DNA of 64,000 nucleotides from Candidatus Binataceae bacterium (GTDB lineage: Bacteria > Desulfobacterota > Binatia > Binatales > Binataceae), in NCBI GenBank assembly GCA_035294265.1, contig DATGLK010000103.1:10603-74602 (forward strand), in the 5' to 3' direction. Position numbers and translations under genes: made by a program. A model generated the notes under the pieces. It saw only the letters and a program-made list of their open reading frames with translations. It searched no databases and had not been told where the DNA came from. Shown here piece by piece: positions 1-9,461 of this stretch (position 1 is the first letter of the stretch; every line of letters starts with the position of its first letter).

Positions 1-598
1 GCGCGGGCGCGCCGCGCTGGGTGCGCGCGGCAGCCAGGATCCGGGCCGCGCTATCGGCCACTGCAAGCAGGCCTGGTTTAAGCAATTTGTGTTGGGCGCG
101 GCGGATTTGGCGGCGGCGGCGCTGCTCGAGCGCCTCGCGCAACAAATTCCACCCCGCACGCCTGGTTCGGCTGCGCGCCGCCCTCTCCTGCCGCTCCACC
201 CGCTGTAGAATTACGTCGCAATTGCGCCAATTCCCCACCGCCGCGCGCACTCCTCGCAACTCACGCCGCAAACCGCGCCCGCGGGTCGACGTCCCGGCGG
301 CTAGCACCGTCAGAATCTGCTGAAGCCGCCGCGTGCAAACCCGCAGATCGTGAACCGCGTCGCCGCCCTCTGCGCTCAACACCCGTGCCAATAACTGCTG
401 AAACTTCTGGGTTTGGCGAGTCAGCAACCTGCCGACGCGCTGCCAATCCAATGCGTCGCTGACGTCAGGTGAAAATGTTTGCCCGTTGCTAGAGCTAGCA
501 TCCGACGCCGCTCTCGGGGTTGACCCCAAAAGATCCGGCCGAATCGAGGTTGAGGCCCGAGAATCGGCTGCTAGTTGGTCAGGATTGGAAACTGTCAT
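1..598 (-). CDS. CHAD domain-containing protein (polyphosphate-binding); 3' end runs off the window
   Basis: Absent from the ORF track. Manual translation from ATG at 598 is open to the window edge: MTVSNPDQ...GGDAVHDLRVCTRRLQQIL...LRRELRGVRAAVGNWRNCDVIL. HDLRVxxRRL and the RxxDV-type motif are CHAD hallmarks. Confidence 0.8.
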   Translation of the reverse strand, partial: MTVSNPDQLAADSRASTSIRPDLLGSTPRAASDASSSNGQTFSPDVSDALDWQRVGRLLTRQTQKFQQLLARVLSAEGGDAVHDLRVCTRRLQQILTVLAAGTSTRGRGLRRELRGVRAAVGNWRNCDVILQRVERQERAARSRTRRAGWNLLREALEQRRRRQIRRAQHKLLKPGLLAVADSAARILAAARTQRGAPA

Positions 599-900
599 GG
601 CGCAACGCCAAGCTTGTTAGTTCTATCTTCCAGCAAACCGCCCTCCGCCCACAAGCAATCGCCTATCGCCGAACAAGCTGGCAGCTTAGACCTCAAAACA
701 GCCATACCCAGCTTACCGCGATGACACCAAGCGGCCGCGACTTGCCCTCCGTGAGTAAAAAACTTCACGGCGCAGTCATCAATAGTTTAATAGGCAAGTC
801 CGGTCTTACTCGCTTTCACCGCCCGCGGGCTGCGGAGAATCAGGGCGACGCCGAGCGCGCGTTCCAAGCGGCTTGTCCGGCGACTGACCGAGCCCCTGCT

Positions 901-1083
901 CTTGCCGACAAAATCTTGCTGCGGCAGTCACCGAGTCGGGGTCCGCTACCCAGCGAAGGCGCGCAGGTCGTCGAGGTCGCGCGGCGGTGTTGGATTCACG
1001 GTTGGAAGTTCGACGTGAGGGGCAACTGCATCGACTTACCCAACACCAATCCTAAAGAAGCTGAACTCGCCGTCCCCCTGTAA
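901..1083 (+). pseudogene. Rieske [2Fe-2S] oxygenase fragment
   Basis: Tail of ORF 520..1083 reads RRCWIHGWKFDVRGNCIDLPN, matching the second Rieske box (CxxHGWxFDxxGxC). The first box (CxH) and the catalytic domain are absent. Confidence 0.5.
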
Positions 1084-1191
1084 CGCAGATTAACTATCGG
1101 CCTTGACCGCGCAGCGCACGCCGGCGCGAAGAGGTGCGAGAATACCGCAGCCGACCGAACCTGGAGCTACCTGACCACCCGCCGCCTTTTT

Positions 1192-2493
1192 CTAACGCAT
1201 GATTTCCTGCAATCCCTGGGGCGTGCCGTAGAGTGTGCGATTGGCATATTGCGTCGGCACTTCATGGTTGATGAAGGCTCCGTCGGCGGGAGCCAGGATG
1301 TTGCTGCAATGGTCGCTCTGGTAATCGCAATTGTCGTGCGACCAGGCGCTGCCGGGAAACAGATACCATCCGTCGTCTTCCTTGGTCGGCATCGCGAAAG
1401 TTATAAAGGCTCGCCAGAACTTGCCGTTTTGATCCCAATTACCGTACGCGGTCAGATTCTCCGCGCTCTCCTTGTCCAGATACTGGACTCGATCGGAGTA
1501 GCAGTAACCCCGCTGGTACTGCGGCAGGCGCTGCATCCTGAGAATGTAAGTGTCGCGCAACTGCCAGCCGGCGCCAAACAGACTGTCCTTGGGCACGAAG
1601 TTGCCCTTGGTGAAATAATAGTTCGCCCGCTCTTCCGACGCGCGCCTGGTCTTGGGGTCGGGCTTGAAGATAAATTGAAGCAGTCGGCGCGAACCCGAAA
1701 ACTCGGCTTTGAACCAGGTTGGTGGCAGCGGCACCGGGGTGACATCGTCGTTGGAGAAGTCCTGCCCCTGGAACGGCGCGCAACGGGCATTTGTGGACAA
1801 TCGCAGCGAACGCCGCAAGCTGGGCAAGAAGACATAAGCATCGGGAAAGCGGTCTGGGTTGTCCCACACGATAGTCAAGGCGGTGATATATTTTATCTGT
1901 TCGGGATCCAACTGCTCGGCGACACCGCTTTGATAGTAATTGGCCCCGGGTAGGTTCATGGGATAGCCGGCGTCGATATTGTGCATCCACTGATAGTTGG
2001 TAACCAGCGCGTGCAACGGGGATTCATTGCCGTAACGATCGAAATCGAAGACCTGGTAGCGAACCGCCACCCGAATCGTTACTTCATGCGCGTAATAGAA
2101 ATCGTAAACCAGCTTATAGCCGGCCAATGGATCGCTGGGATCTAGATTGGGAAATGGCTGCCCGGCGACATAGCCCTCGACCGCATAGCTGCCGTTGGGC
2201 ACCTTGACCAGCTTGACCTGCTTGGAATACTTCTCGGTCGCCGCGATGTAAGCGCTGGGCGGCGGATATGAGATCGTTGGGCCGACAACCGCCCGCGCCC
2301 CGTGCGGCCAGCCGGAAACCGGGCTGGTGCTCATGAACATATGCTGCAGCGGAATGTTCATGTAGTCCTTGTACTGCTGCCAATTTTCCTGCGTTATCAC
2401 GGTGCCGGCGGGAATGCCGCCGGGCTCCGCTGCCCACGCGCCCGTGCATAGAGGGATTAGGAGCGCAGCTCCGAGAATCCAAACCCGTAACAT
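1192..2493 (-). CDS. DUF1329 family exported protein (LolA-like/outer-membrane-associated)
   Basis: ATG 2493 has a GGAGGG RBS, followed by signal peptide MLRVWILGAALL...AWA. Motifs GTVITQENWQQYKDY, YVAGQPFP, AYVFLPSLRRSLRL and CYSDRVQYLDKE are typical of DUF1329. Confidence 0.75.
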   Translation of the reverse strand: MLRVWILGAALLIPLCTGAWAAEPGGIPAGTVITQENWQQYKDYMNIPLQHMFMSTSPVSGWPHGARAVVGPTISYPPPSAYIAATEKYSKQVKLVKVPNGSYAVEGYVAGQPFPNLDPSDPLAGYKLVYDFYYAHEVTIRVAVRYQVFDFDRYGNESPLHALVTNYQWMHNIDAGYPMNLPGANYYQSGVAEQLDPEQIKYITALTIVWDNPDRFPDAYVFLPSLRRSLRLSTNARCAPFQGQDFSNDDVTPVPLPPTWFKAEFSGSRRLLQFIFKPDPKTRRASEERANYYFTKGNFVPKDSLFGAGWQLRDTYILRMQRLPQYQRGYCYSDRVQYLDKESAENLTAYGNWDQNGKFWRAFITFAMPTKEDDGWYLFPGSAWSHDNCDYQSDHCSNILAPADGAFINHEVPTQYANRTLYGTPQGLQEIMR

Positions 2494-2810
2494 GTTGCCC
2501 CTCCACGATAATCCTGTCGATGACAACTCCGCACCCTTACTCGCCCTGACTAACCCACGTGTATCCGAGCGGCATGACCTATTAGCTCAGCCGGGATTTC
2601 CTTTTTGACCTCCCGAATCAAGGCGTTTATAGGCCAACCGCGCGCTGTAACTCAATGGTTCGAATTTTTTCGTCGATTGTGGCTGTAGGTAGCCCACGAA
2701 GCCGCCCAATTCCATCATTTCGTTTGCGCCGGAACCGTGCTCCGGCTCATCTGAACCCTGATTTAAAAAAGACCACTCAATCTCCCCATCTGTCCGCGGC
2801 CCATCGGAAA

Positions 2811-2948
2811 CGCTACCCGCCGCGCTCGCTTCCAACTCCCCGCTTGATAGAGAAAGCTCTGGTAGCGGACCCGCGGCTTGCGGCTCGACCTCTCCACTAG
2901 CCGCTTGAGCAGCTCGCTTAGGTTGCGCTCCAGGTTGGCGTTGGCCAT
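2811..2948 (-). mobile_element. IS1380-family transposase remnant
   Basis: ANANLERNLSELLKRLVERSSRKPRVRYQSFLYQAGSWKRARRV matches the IS1380 (DDE_Tnp_1_4) segment ANxxL...RPxxRY.SF.YQA.SW...RRVV. Similarity ends abruptly on both sides. Confidence 0.65.
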
Positions 2949-3114
2949 CGCCGCTGGCGGCGGACCTTTGGATCGCCTTGGAACGGCAGTTGGAGCTGCG
3001 GCCTGCTGGTGGTGCGTGAGTTAGATGAGTGGCTGGGCGTTGGGCCACCTACGGGCTAGGAATTCTTGTCAGGGGGTGCCACAGCAATGGAAGAACTTTC
3101 AAGCTCCCCGCCAA

Positions 3115-3774
3115 TCATGCGTTTTCCGAATTGAGTTGCTGAATCTTCTGCTGCAAGGCTTTAACCAAATCGTCGTAACCGCTTCGATTGATGATGCGAT
3201 TAAACTGATTGCGATAGTTACCCACCAAGCTGATTTCTGCCACGATTATGTCGTAGACTTTCCAAGTCCCGTCCACCCAGCGCAAGCGATAATCGACGCT
3301 GATCGGCTGCTCGCCGGGCTTGAGCAAAACCGTGGTGTTAATCTGCGAATAACCGTCGCCTTGTGGGATTTCTTTGAGGTAATTGATGTGAACGGTGCTG
3401 GCATAGCTCTGGGCTTTTGAAAAACTCGAACGTGAGAGATAAATCGACTCCGTCAACTGAGTGAACAGAGCGGTGAATTGAGCCTGCTGGGCCGGGGTCA
3501 GGGTGCGCCAGTGGATGCCTAACGCCGACTTTGCCATCTCCGTGCTATCCCAATGCTGCTCGATGATAGCGCGCAGGCGGGCACGGCAGGATTCGCGCTG
3601 CTTCTGGCAAGATGGGTCTCGCGCCATGGCCAAAATTTGCGCGCCAAGGCTCTTAACCGCAGGCATTGCCGGGGGTGCTATCGCGCAATTGGCGCTGCCC
3701 CAACACACCGCCAGCAACGCCGTCACCAGCATCGACACCCTCATTTGTAACCCTGCTCGTGTCAAAAACTTCAT
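3115..3774 (-). CDS. mlaC: MlaC/Ttg2D phospholipid-binding periplasmic protein
   Basis: Signal peptide, then MAKSALGIHWRTLTPAQQAQFTALF, VDYRLRWVDGTWKVYDIIVAEISLVGNYRNQFNRII. Start may alternatively be 3813. Confidence 0.85.
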   Translation of the reverse strand: MKFLTRAGLQMRVSMLVTALLAVCWGSANCAIAPPAMPAVKSLGAQILAMARDPSCQKQRESCRARLRAIIEQHWDSTEMAKSALGIHWRTLTPAQQAQFTALFTQLTESIYLSRSSFSKAQSYASTVHINYLKEIPQGDGYSQINTTVLLKPGEQPISVDYRLRWVDGTWKVYDIIVAEISLVGNYRNQFNRIINRSGYDDLVKALQQKIQQLNSENA

Positions 3775-3915
3775 CCGTGCCTTCCCAGCCGTTGCGCCAG
3801 TATTGGCGTCCAACCCGGTTTCATTGTTGGTTATGACGCTTGATGGTTCAATAGGAACCGGTAACCCAATTTCGAGCAGTTTTGCGCTCTGTCACGCACT
3901 GCGCTCTATAAACAA

Positions 3916-4407
3916 TCAAATCTTTCGCATGACCCGAGGACCGAGTAGCCATTCCAGTCGATAGCGAACCGCCTCCCCACCGGTCTGCGCGTACAACCGG
4001 GCCACGCCACCTTTCTTGAATTCCAGCTCGCATCCCTCGGGCGACCCACAGAGCAGGAACGATGCCAATTTTCCCAGGCTGGGCTGATGACCCACCACCA
4101 TCAGCGTCTCAACTCCCTGATAGCCGCTCAACAGATGACTCAGCTCGGACGGATGCGCACCGTTTAGGGCAAGCTGGGAGAGTTCGGTCAGCTCGACGTT
4201 ACCCAACCCGCGCGCCAAGATAGCGGCGGTTTCCTGGGCGCGGCGCAAGGGGCTGGTCAGAATCAGGTCGGGGCGTACCTCAAGGATTCGCAGGGCGCGC
4301 GCGATAGCCTCCATCCGGGCCCGCCCTTTGGGCGTCAACGCGCGCTGAACATCTCCCATGTCGCCACCCTTTTCGGCAATTCCGTGGCGGACCAGATAAA
4401 GCTCCAC
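3916..4407 (-). CDS. sixA: Phosphohistidine phosphatase SixA
   Basis: LYLVRHG catalytic motif, RALTPKG, LTSPLRRAQETA, MVVGHQP, FKKGG. GTG start at 4407 inferred. Confidence 0.9.
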   Translation of the reverse strand: MELYLVRHGIAEKGGDMGDVQRALTPKGRARMEAIARALRILEVRPDLILTSPLRRAQETAAILARGLGNVELTELSQLALNGAHPSELSHLLSGYQGVETLMVVGHQPSLGKLASFLLCGSPEGCELEFKKGGVARLYAQTGGEAVRYRLEWLLGPRVMRKI

Positions 4408-4766
4408 GGCCGACACTTCATCGTGCCGGGGACGCCGAGTCAATAAATTGCGCACCTAGCCACCCTAGTTCGACGGTCAAAGCCATTGGTCGGTTAGAGC
4501 CGGGTTCCCGGACGCGGTTAACGACCTAGACCAACTTCGCGGCCGTGAGAAATTGATTTCAGTGCTAGACTTGAGTGGAACCTTGAAAAGCGCGGCACGA
4601 GATACGTCAAGGAGCTAGGGACCTCCACCAAAGCTCTCACCATCCTCTGCCCATCCCTCCTGTTCCCCGACCCGGGAGGGGTAGCCCTTGGGGAAAAACC
4701 CGACGGATGGGGTGGTAAGCGAGCAGCCATTTTGGACTAAGATGGCGGACGGAGGACCACGCTGCG

Positions 4767-5489
4767 ATGGACCACGCACAATCGCTCCCCCAGGGACCAC
4801 GGACGCTGGCGGTAGATATCGGCGGCACTGGCATCAAGACCATCATTCTGGACCCAGAGGGCAAGCCACTTACCCAGCGCGCTCGAATCCCCACCCCTTC
4901 CCGCGCCACTCCCAAAAAAGTTATTTCCATAATTGATGAGCTGGCCAAGCTGCAGGGCGACTTCGATCGCGTCTCGGTAGGCTTTCCCGGTGTCGTACAC
5001 GAGGGCAAGCTGCTCAGCGCCCCCAATCTGGGCCCCGGCTGGGAACATTTCGACCTCGCCTCCGAACTAAGCCATCAGCTTGGCCGGCCGGTGCGCGTTG
5101 CCAACGATGCCGACGTCCAGGGCATGGGCTGCGTCAGCGGCCAAGGGATAGAGCTGGTCATCACCGTGGGCACCGGGCTGGGCTCGGCGCTGTTCGTGGA
5201 TGGCCATCGGGCACATTTGGAACTCAGCCGCCATCCGTTCCGCAAAAACCGCACCTACGAAGAAGAATTGGGCCACGCCGCGCTGCGCCGCAAGGGGGTG
5301 GAGAAGTGGAACCGCCATCTGTTGCAAGCGGTCACCCTGCTACAAGCTACTTTCAACTCCGATCGGTTGTATATTGGCGGCGGCAATAACAAATTCATCA
5401 CCGTCAAGCTGCCCCCCAATGTCCAGGCGGTCAGCAATCTGGAGGGGCTTTTGGGCGGGATAAAATTATGGGCCAGCCCGCAACCCTGA
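4767..5489 (+). CDS. ppgK: ROK-family sugar kinase, polyphosphate glucokinase-like
   Basis: GGAGG RBS at 4751. LAVDIGGTGIK, VGFPGVV, VANDADVQG, TVGTGLGSALF, HLEL.RHPF, YIGGGN give the compact PPGK-type layout. Confidence 0.75.
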   Translation: MDHAQSLPQGPRTLAVDIGGTGIKTIILDPEGKPLTQRARIPTPSRATPKKVISIIDELAKLQGDFDRVSVGFPGVVHEGKLLSAPNLGPGWEHFDLASELSHQLGRPVRVANDADVQGMGCVSGQGIELVITVGTGLGSALFVDGHRAHLELSRHPFRKNRTYEEELGHAALRRKGVEKWNRHLLQAVTLLQATFNSDRLYIGGGNNKFITVKLPPNVQAVSNLEGLLGGIKLWASPQP

Positions 5490-5651
5490 CGGCCGCGGCC
5501 CAGACGGGCCCCGCCAAAGGATTTTGCTGTTAGGAAATTGCGCCCGCTTCTTGCTCGTGTGGTCAAAACCACGCATGGGCGATTTGAGTTTACAAGCGGG
5601 CGGGCTTGGAATCAGTTAGACTACCCTGATTCTGCGGTTCGAGGACGAACG

Positions 5652-5852
5652 ATGACTCGATGCATCCAGGTCTTTGAGCGCCAGGGGCGTTATTTGCGCA
5701 TCCCCGATACCGAGGTCGAGGATTGGGAGGAGGTGCGCGAGAGCGCCGACCAAAAGCCACGGCCGCTGGGACCGGTCACCAACTGGCCGCCCTTTACCTA
5801 CGCCTTTCGCCTCCCCGACGGCACCATTTATCTGGTGGAGCAGTCGGACTAG
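5652..5852 (+). CDS. Small hypothetical protein (66 aa)
   Basis: GAGGA RBS at 5641, ATG 5652. MTRCIQVFERQGRYLRIPDTEVEDWEEVR...WPPFTYAFRLPDGTIYLVEQSD fills the gap before the DUF748 gene. Confidence 0.6.
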   Translation: MTRCIQVFERQGRYLRIPDTEVEDWEEVRESADQKPRPLGPVTNWPPFTYAFRLPDGTIYLVEQSD

Positions 5853-5875
5853 TCGCGCGTTCTGAACTGACGTGA

Positions 5876-8800
5876 ATGACCACCGCCGCTAACTCAGGCG
5901 AGCATTCCTTACTACGCCGACTGATCTGGTCGCAACCGTGGCGCCGCGTGCGGCGCGCGCTCCTGATTGTCGCCGTGCTGGTCGTGCTCTATACCCTCGC
6001 AGGCTTCGTCGGCATCCCGCTCCTGATAGGCCACGAATTGCGTGGGCGGGTGGCGCGAAGCCTCGCGCGGCCGATCAGCATCAAGCACGTACGCTTCAAT
6101 CCTTACAGCTTGCGGCTGGATCTCGATCGGCTGGCGATCGCCAACCGCGCGGCCCCAGGCCAATTCGTGCAAATTGCCCACGTGCGTTTGGTCGCCTCGT
6201 GGTCCTCGCTCACACATCTGGCCCTGGTGGTAAGACAACTGACGATCCAGCGGCCTCAGGTCGCGATCGTGCGCGGTCCGCACGGTTTCAACTTCGCCGA
6301 TCTGATTACACCTAAAGCCGCACCCACACCCACCTCCCGTTCTACCTTTCGCTTCGCGATGGCCAATATCGAACTCGAGGACGGCAGTGTCAGCTTCGAT
6401 GATCAAGTGCTCAACAGCCGCCATCACATCGAACAAATGCAATTGGGCATCCCCTTCATCGCCAACCTGCCCTCCGATGTCGAGGTGTACGTACAGCCGC
6501 GCCTGGCGATGCTGGTGGATGGCAGCCCCTTCCGCCTAACGGGCAAAAGCAGGCTGTTTGGAGCCTCGCGCGATTCCTTCGTCAACCTCAAGTGGCAAAA
6601 TCTTGACCTAATCCGCTTCAGCCCTTATCTGCCGCCCAGCATACCGCTGCGGCTGCATCAGGGCAGCCTGAGTACCGACCTGCAGATAGATTTCGCCGAA
6701 CACCCGCCGCAGATGCTGGTGCGGGTCGCGGGCAGCATCGCGCTGGATGGGCTTGACCTGCGCACCCCCACCCAGGTCCCGCTGCTGGCACTCAAGCATG
6801 GCGCAATCGTGATGACCGACGTCCAGCCGCTTGAGAAAATCGCCAACCTGCAGAAAGTCACCTTCGACGGCTTGACTGCCAACCTAACACTGCTGCCCGG
6901 CGGCGCTACCAATCTTGGGGCGCTGACGGCCCCATCCGCCGCGCCTGCCGGCACAAGCTCACCGCCCATGCGTTTCTCGCTGGACGGACTGGCACTAACC
7001 AACGCCACCCTGCAGATCACCGACAAGGCCGCTGCCACACCCGTCAACCTGACCTTGCACGACATCCATCTGAGCGTGAGCCACCTGGCCAACACCCCCA
7101 GCCCGGCGGCACCCTTCGACTTGGGCACCAGCCTGTCCAGCGGCGGTACGATCGCGGCGCAAGGCACCATCGGGCTAGCGGAGAACAAGGCCGCCGGGCA
7201 TGTAACGCTTACCCAAATCGCTCTGGCGGCGCTGAGCCCGCTGTCTCAGCCTTACTTGAGCGCTGGATTGGCAGATGGCAGCCTCGACAGCCAGGGTGAC
7301 TTCACGGTCGCGTTTGGAACCAGCCGTCAGCTGCGCGCCCAAGGCTTTTCGGCACGTCTGAGCGAAGTTGCACTACGTGACCCCGCCCATGGCCCCAGTC
7401 CGCTGCGCTGGAAACAGTTGCAGGTGGTTGGGGTGGCGCTAGATTTGCTTGCCCATCGCGTTAGCGTCGACCGCGTCAACCTGGAGCAGCCACAAGTCTC
7501 ATTGCACCGTCAGCACGACGGCAAGCTCAACCTGGCCGCGCTGGTCCACCTGCCAGCGCAGGCCGCGCCGACCTCGCCCCAGGGACCGGCAACCCCCTCA
7601 CCACCGGCCGCAACCTGGCAATACCGGATCGGAACCGCGGCCATCAGCGATGGTCAAGCCCAGGTCGAGGACGACAGCGGGCCACAGCCGCTACGGCTGG
7701 CGCTGTCCGCGCTTAATCTGCAGCTCCACGACCTCACTCCCGACTTGAGTCGCCCTGTCCCCTTAAATCTGACAACCACGGTCGATAAGCGGGGGCAGCT
7801 CAAGGCCAGCGGAACCGTGGCACCTAATCCGTTGCGGGTCGACCTGCGCACTCAAGTGCGCCGGCTGCCCCTGGCCAACGAGGTCAACGCCTATCTGACT
7901 TCGCTGCTCAACGCCCGCGTCAGCAGCGCTTTCGCCGACGAAAGCGGAACGGTCGTGGCCAAGCTGGAACGAGGCCATTTGCATGCGAGCTACCGGGGCG
8001 ATGCCAGCTTGGCCGACGTGCGACTGATCGATTCCAAGGGCAAAATCACGTTCTTGGAATGGAGTACGTTGCGGGCCCGGCGGCTAGCCGTAATGGTGGG
8101 CGTGGGACAGCCTCGGGCAAGAATCGGCGAGCTGGAATTATCGCGCTTCTTCGGCCAACTGATGCTGGACTCACAGGGCCGATTGAGCGTGCGCAATCTG
8201 TTCGCCACCGCACCCGCCGCTCCCGCCCCGGCCACGCACAGCGCAGCGCAAACAGGGCACCAGGTTCCGGCACACGCAAGTATCGATAAGATCGTTTTCG
8301 ACCGCGGCCGCATCAACTGGACCGATCACTTCATTCGGCCCAATTATTCAGCCGCCCTGACCGACCTGCGCGGCACCGTAGGAGCGATTTCCACCGATTC
8401 TGCCGCGCACGCTCCGGTGCGCGTGCAAGGCCATATCAACCAGAGCGCGACCATTTCGATCGACGGCCAGATAAGCCCTTTGGCACCGATGGCGTTCGTC
8501 GACCTGACCGCCAACGCCGACGGCGTCAGTCTGCCTAACCTCTCTCCTTATTCGGTCAAATATACCGGCTACCCGATCGAACAGGGGACGCTTAGCCTGA
8601 AGGTTCATTACCTGCTGGACCATCACAAGCTGACCGCGCAAAACCATATAGTGATAAATCAGCTTACCTTTGGCCCGCAGGTCGAGAGCAAGAGCGCGCT
8701 CAACCTGCCCATTCGCCTGGCAGTCGCGCTGCTGAAGGACCCCAACGGTCGCATCCGGGTCGACGTCCCGATCTCGGGCTCGCTGTCCGACCCCGAATTC

Positions 8801-9460
8801 AGCCTGACTCAGGCCCTGTTGAACGCCTTTGGCAACCTGATCACCAAGGCCGCCACCGCGCCATTCAGCCTGCTAGCCTCGGCCTTCAACGGTGGCAACT
8901 CCAAGGAGCTGTCCTACATCCAGTTTGCGCCCGGCAGCACTCAGCTCTCCTCGCAAGCGATCGATAAGCTATCGACTTTGGCCAAAGCCCTGGAGCAACG
9001 GCCCAGCCTGAACCTGGCGATCGGCGGACGAGCCGACCCGACGTTGGATACCGAGGGCGCACGCAAGGCATTGCTAGACAAGCGGGTGCGTCAGGCCAAG
9101 ATCGCATACTTGCTCAGCAAGGGGCGGCGCGTTGACCGCTCCAGCATCGAGGTCTCGCCCAGCGAGTACAACCGCTATCTGAAGATGGCTTACAAGGCCG
9201 CCGACTTTCAAAAACCGCGCGATTTTCTGGGCTTGGAAAAATCGCTGCCGCCAGCGGAGATGGAAAAGCTGCTGCTCGAGCATACCCAGGTCAAGCCCGA
9301 AGACCTGCTCGCACTGGCCAATCAGCGCGCCGCCGCGGTGCGCCATTGGCTGGCCGCCAAGGTCAGTCCCAACCGCCTTCTGGTCACGAGCCCCAAGCTG
9401 ATGACAACCGGCACTCTGCCCCCAGGCGAAGGCACCAGGGTCAAGCTGGCGCTGGAATGA
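5876..9460 (+). CDS. DUF748 (AsmA-like) protein with C-terminal OmpA-like region
   Basis: N-terminal TM anchor, VRFNPYSLRL, repeated beta-rich modules, LSPYSVKYTGYPIEQGTLSL, LAVALLKDPNGRIRVDVPISGSLSDPEFS, FAPGS...LANQRAAAVRHWL. Confidence 0.85.
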   Translation: MTTAANSGEHSLLRRLIWSQPWRRVRRALLIVAVLVVLYTLAGFVGIPLLIGHELRGRVARSLARPISIKHVRFNPYSLRLDLDRLAIANRAAPGQFVQIAHVRLVASWSSLTHLALVVRQLTIQRPQVAIVRGPHGFNFADLITPKAAPTPTSRSTFRFAMANIELEDGSVSFDDQVLNSRHHIEQMQLGIPFIANLPSDVEVYVQPRLAMLVDGSPFRLTGKSRLFGASRDSFVNLKWQNLDLIRFSPYLPPSIPLRLHQGSLSTDLQIDFAEHPPQMLVRVAGSIALDGLDLRTPTQVPLLALKHGAIVMTDVQPLEKIANLQKVTFDGLTANLTLLPGGATNLGALTAPSAAPAGTSSPPMRFSLDGLALTNATLQITDKAAATPVNLTLHDIHLSVSHLANTPSPAAPFDLGTSLSSGGTIAAQGTIGLAENKAAGHVTLTQIALAALSPLSQPYLSAGLADGSLDSQGDFTVAFGTSRQLRAQGFSARLSEVALRDPAHGPSPLRWKQLQVVGVALDLLAHRVSVDRVNLEQPQVSLHRQHDGKLNLAALVHLPAQAAPTSPQGPATPSPPAATWQYRIGTAAISDGQAQVEDDSGPQPLRLALSALNLQLHDLTPDLSRPVPLNLTTTVDKRGQLKASGTVAPNPLRVDLRTQVRRLPLANEVNAYLTSLLNARVSSAFADESGTVVAKLERGHLHASYRGDASLADVRLIDSKGKITFLEWSTLRARRLAVMVGVGQPRARIGELELSRFFGQLMLDSQGRLSVRNLFATAPAAPAPATHSAAQTGHQVPAHASIDKIVFDRGRINWTDHFIRPNYSAALTDLRGTVGAISTDSAAHAPVRVQGHINQSATISIDGQISPLAPMAFVDLTANADGVSLPNLSPYSVKYTGYPIEQGTLSLKVHYLLDHHKLTAQNHIVINQLTFGPQVESKSALNLPIRLAVALLKDPNGRIRVDVPISGSLSDPEFSLTQALLNAFGNLITKAATAPFSLLASAFNGGNSKELSYIQFAPGSTQLSSQAIDKLSTLAKALEQRPSLNLAIGGRADPTLDTEGARKALLDKRVRQAKIAYLLSKGRRVDRSSIEVSPSEYNRYLKMAYKAADFQKPRDFLGLEKSLPPAEMEKLLLEHTQVKPEDLLALANQRAAAVRHWLAAKVSPNRLLVTSPKLMTTGTLPPGEGTRVKLALE

Positions 9461-9461
9461 C

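Noticed and set aside
520-1083. 187-aa ORF as a real gene
   Set aside because: It overlaps CHAD on the opposite strand, has no RBS and no coherent fold. Only the Rieske-like tail is meaningful.
1249-1953. Long antisense or alternate-frame ORFs (for example 1249..1953, 14464..15315, 19423..20535, 36538..37362)
   Set aside because: Shadow ORFs opposite well-supported genes, expected in high-GC DNA, with no recognisable motifs.
2641-2666. tRNA-like fragment GCGCTGTAACTCAATGGTTCGAAT
   Set aside because: It resembles a D-arm start and a T-loop, but no stems can be formed. Probably chance.
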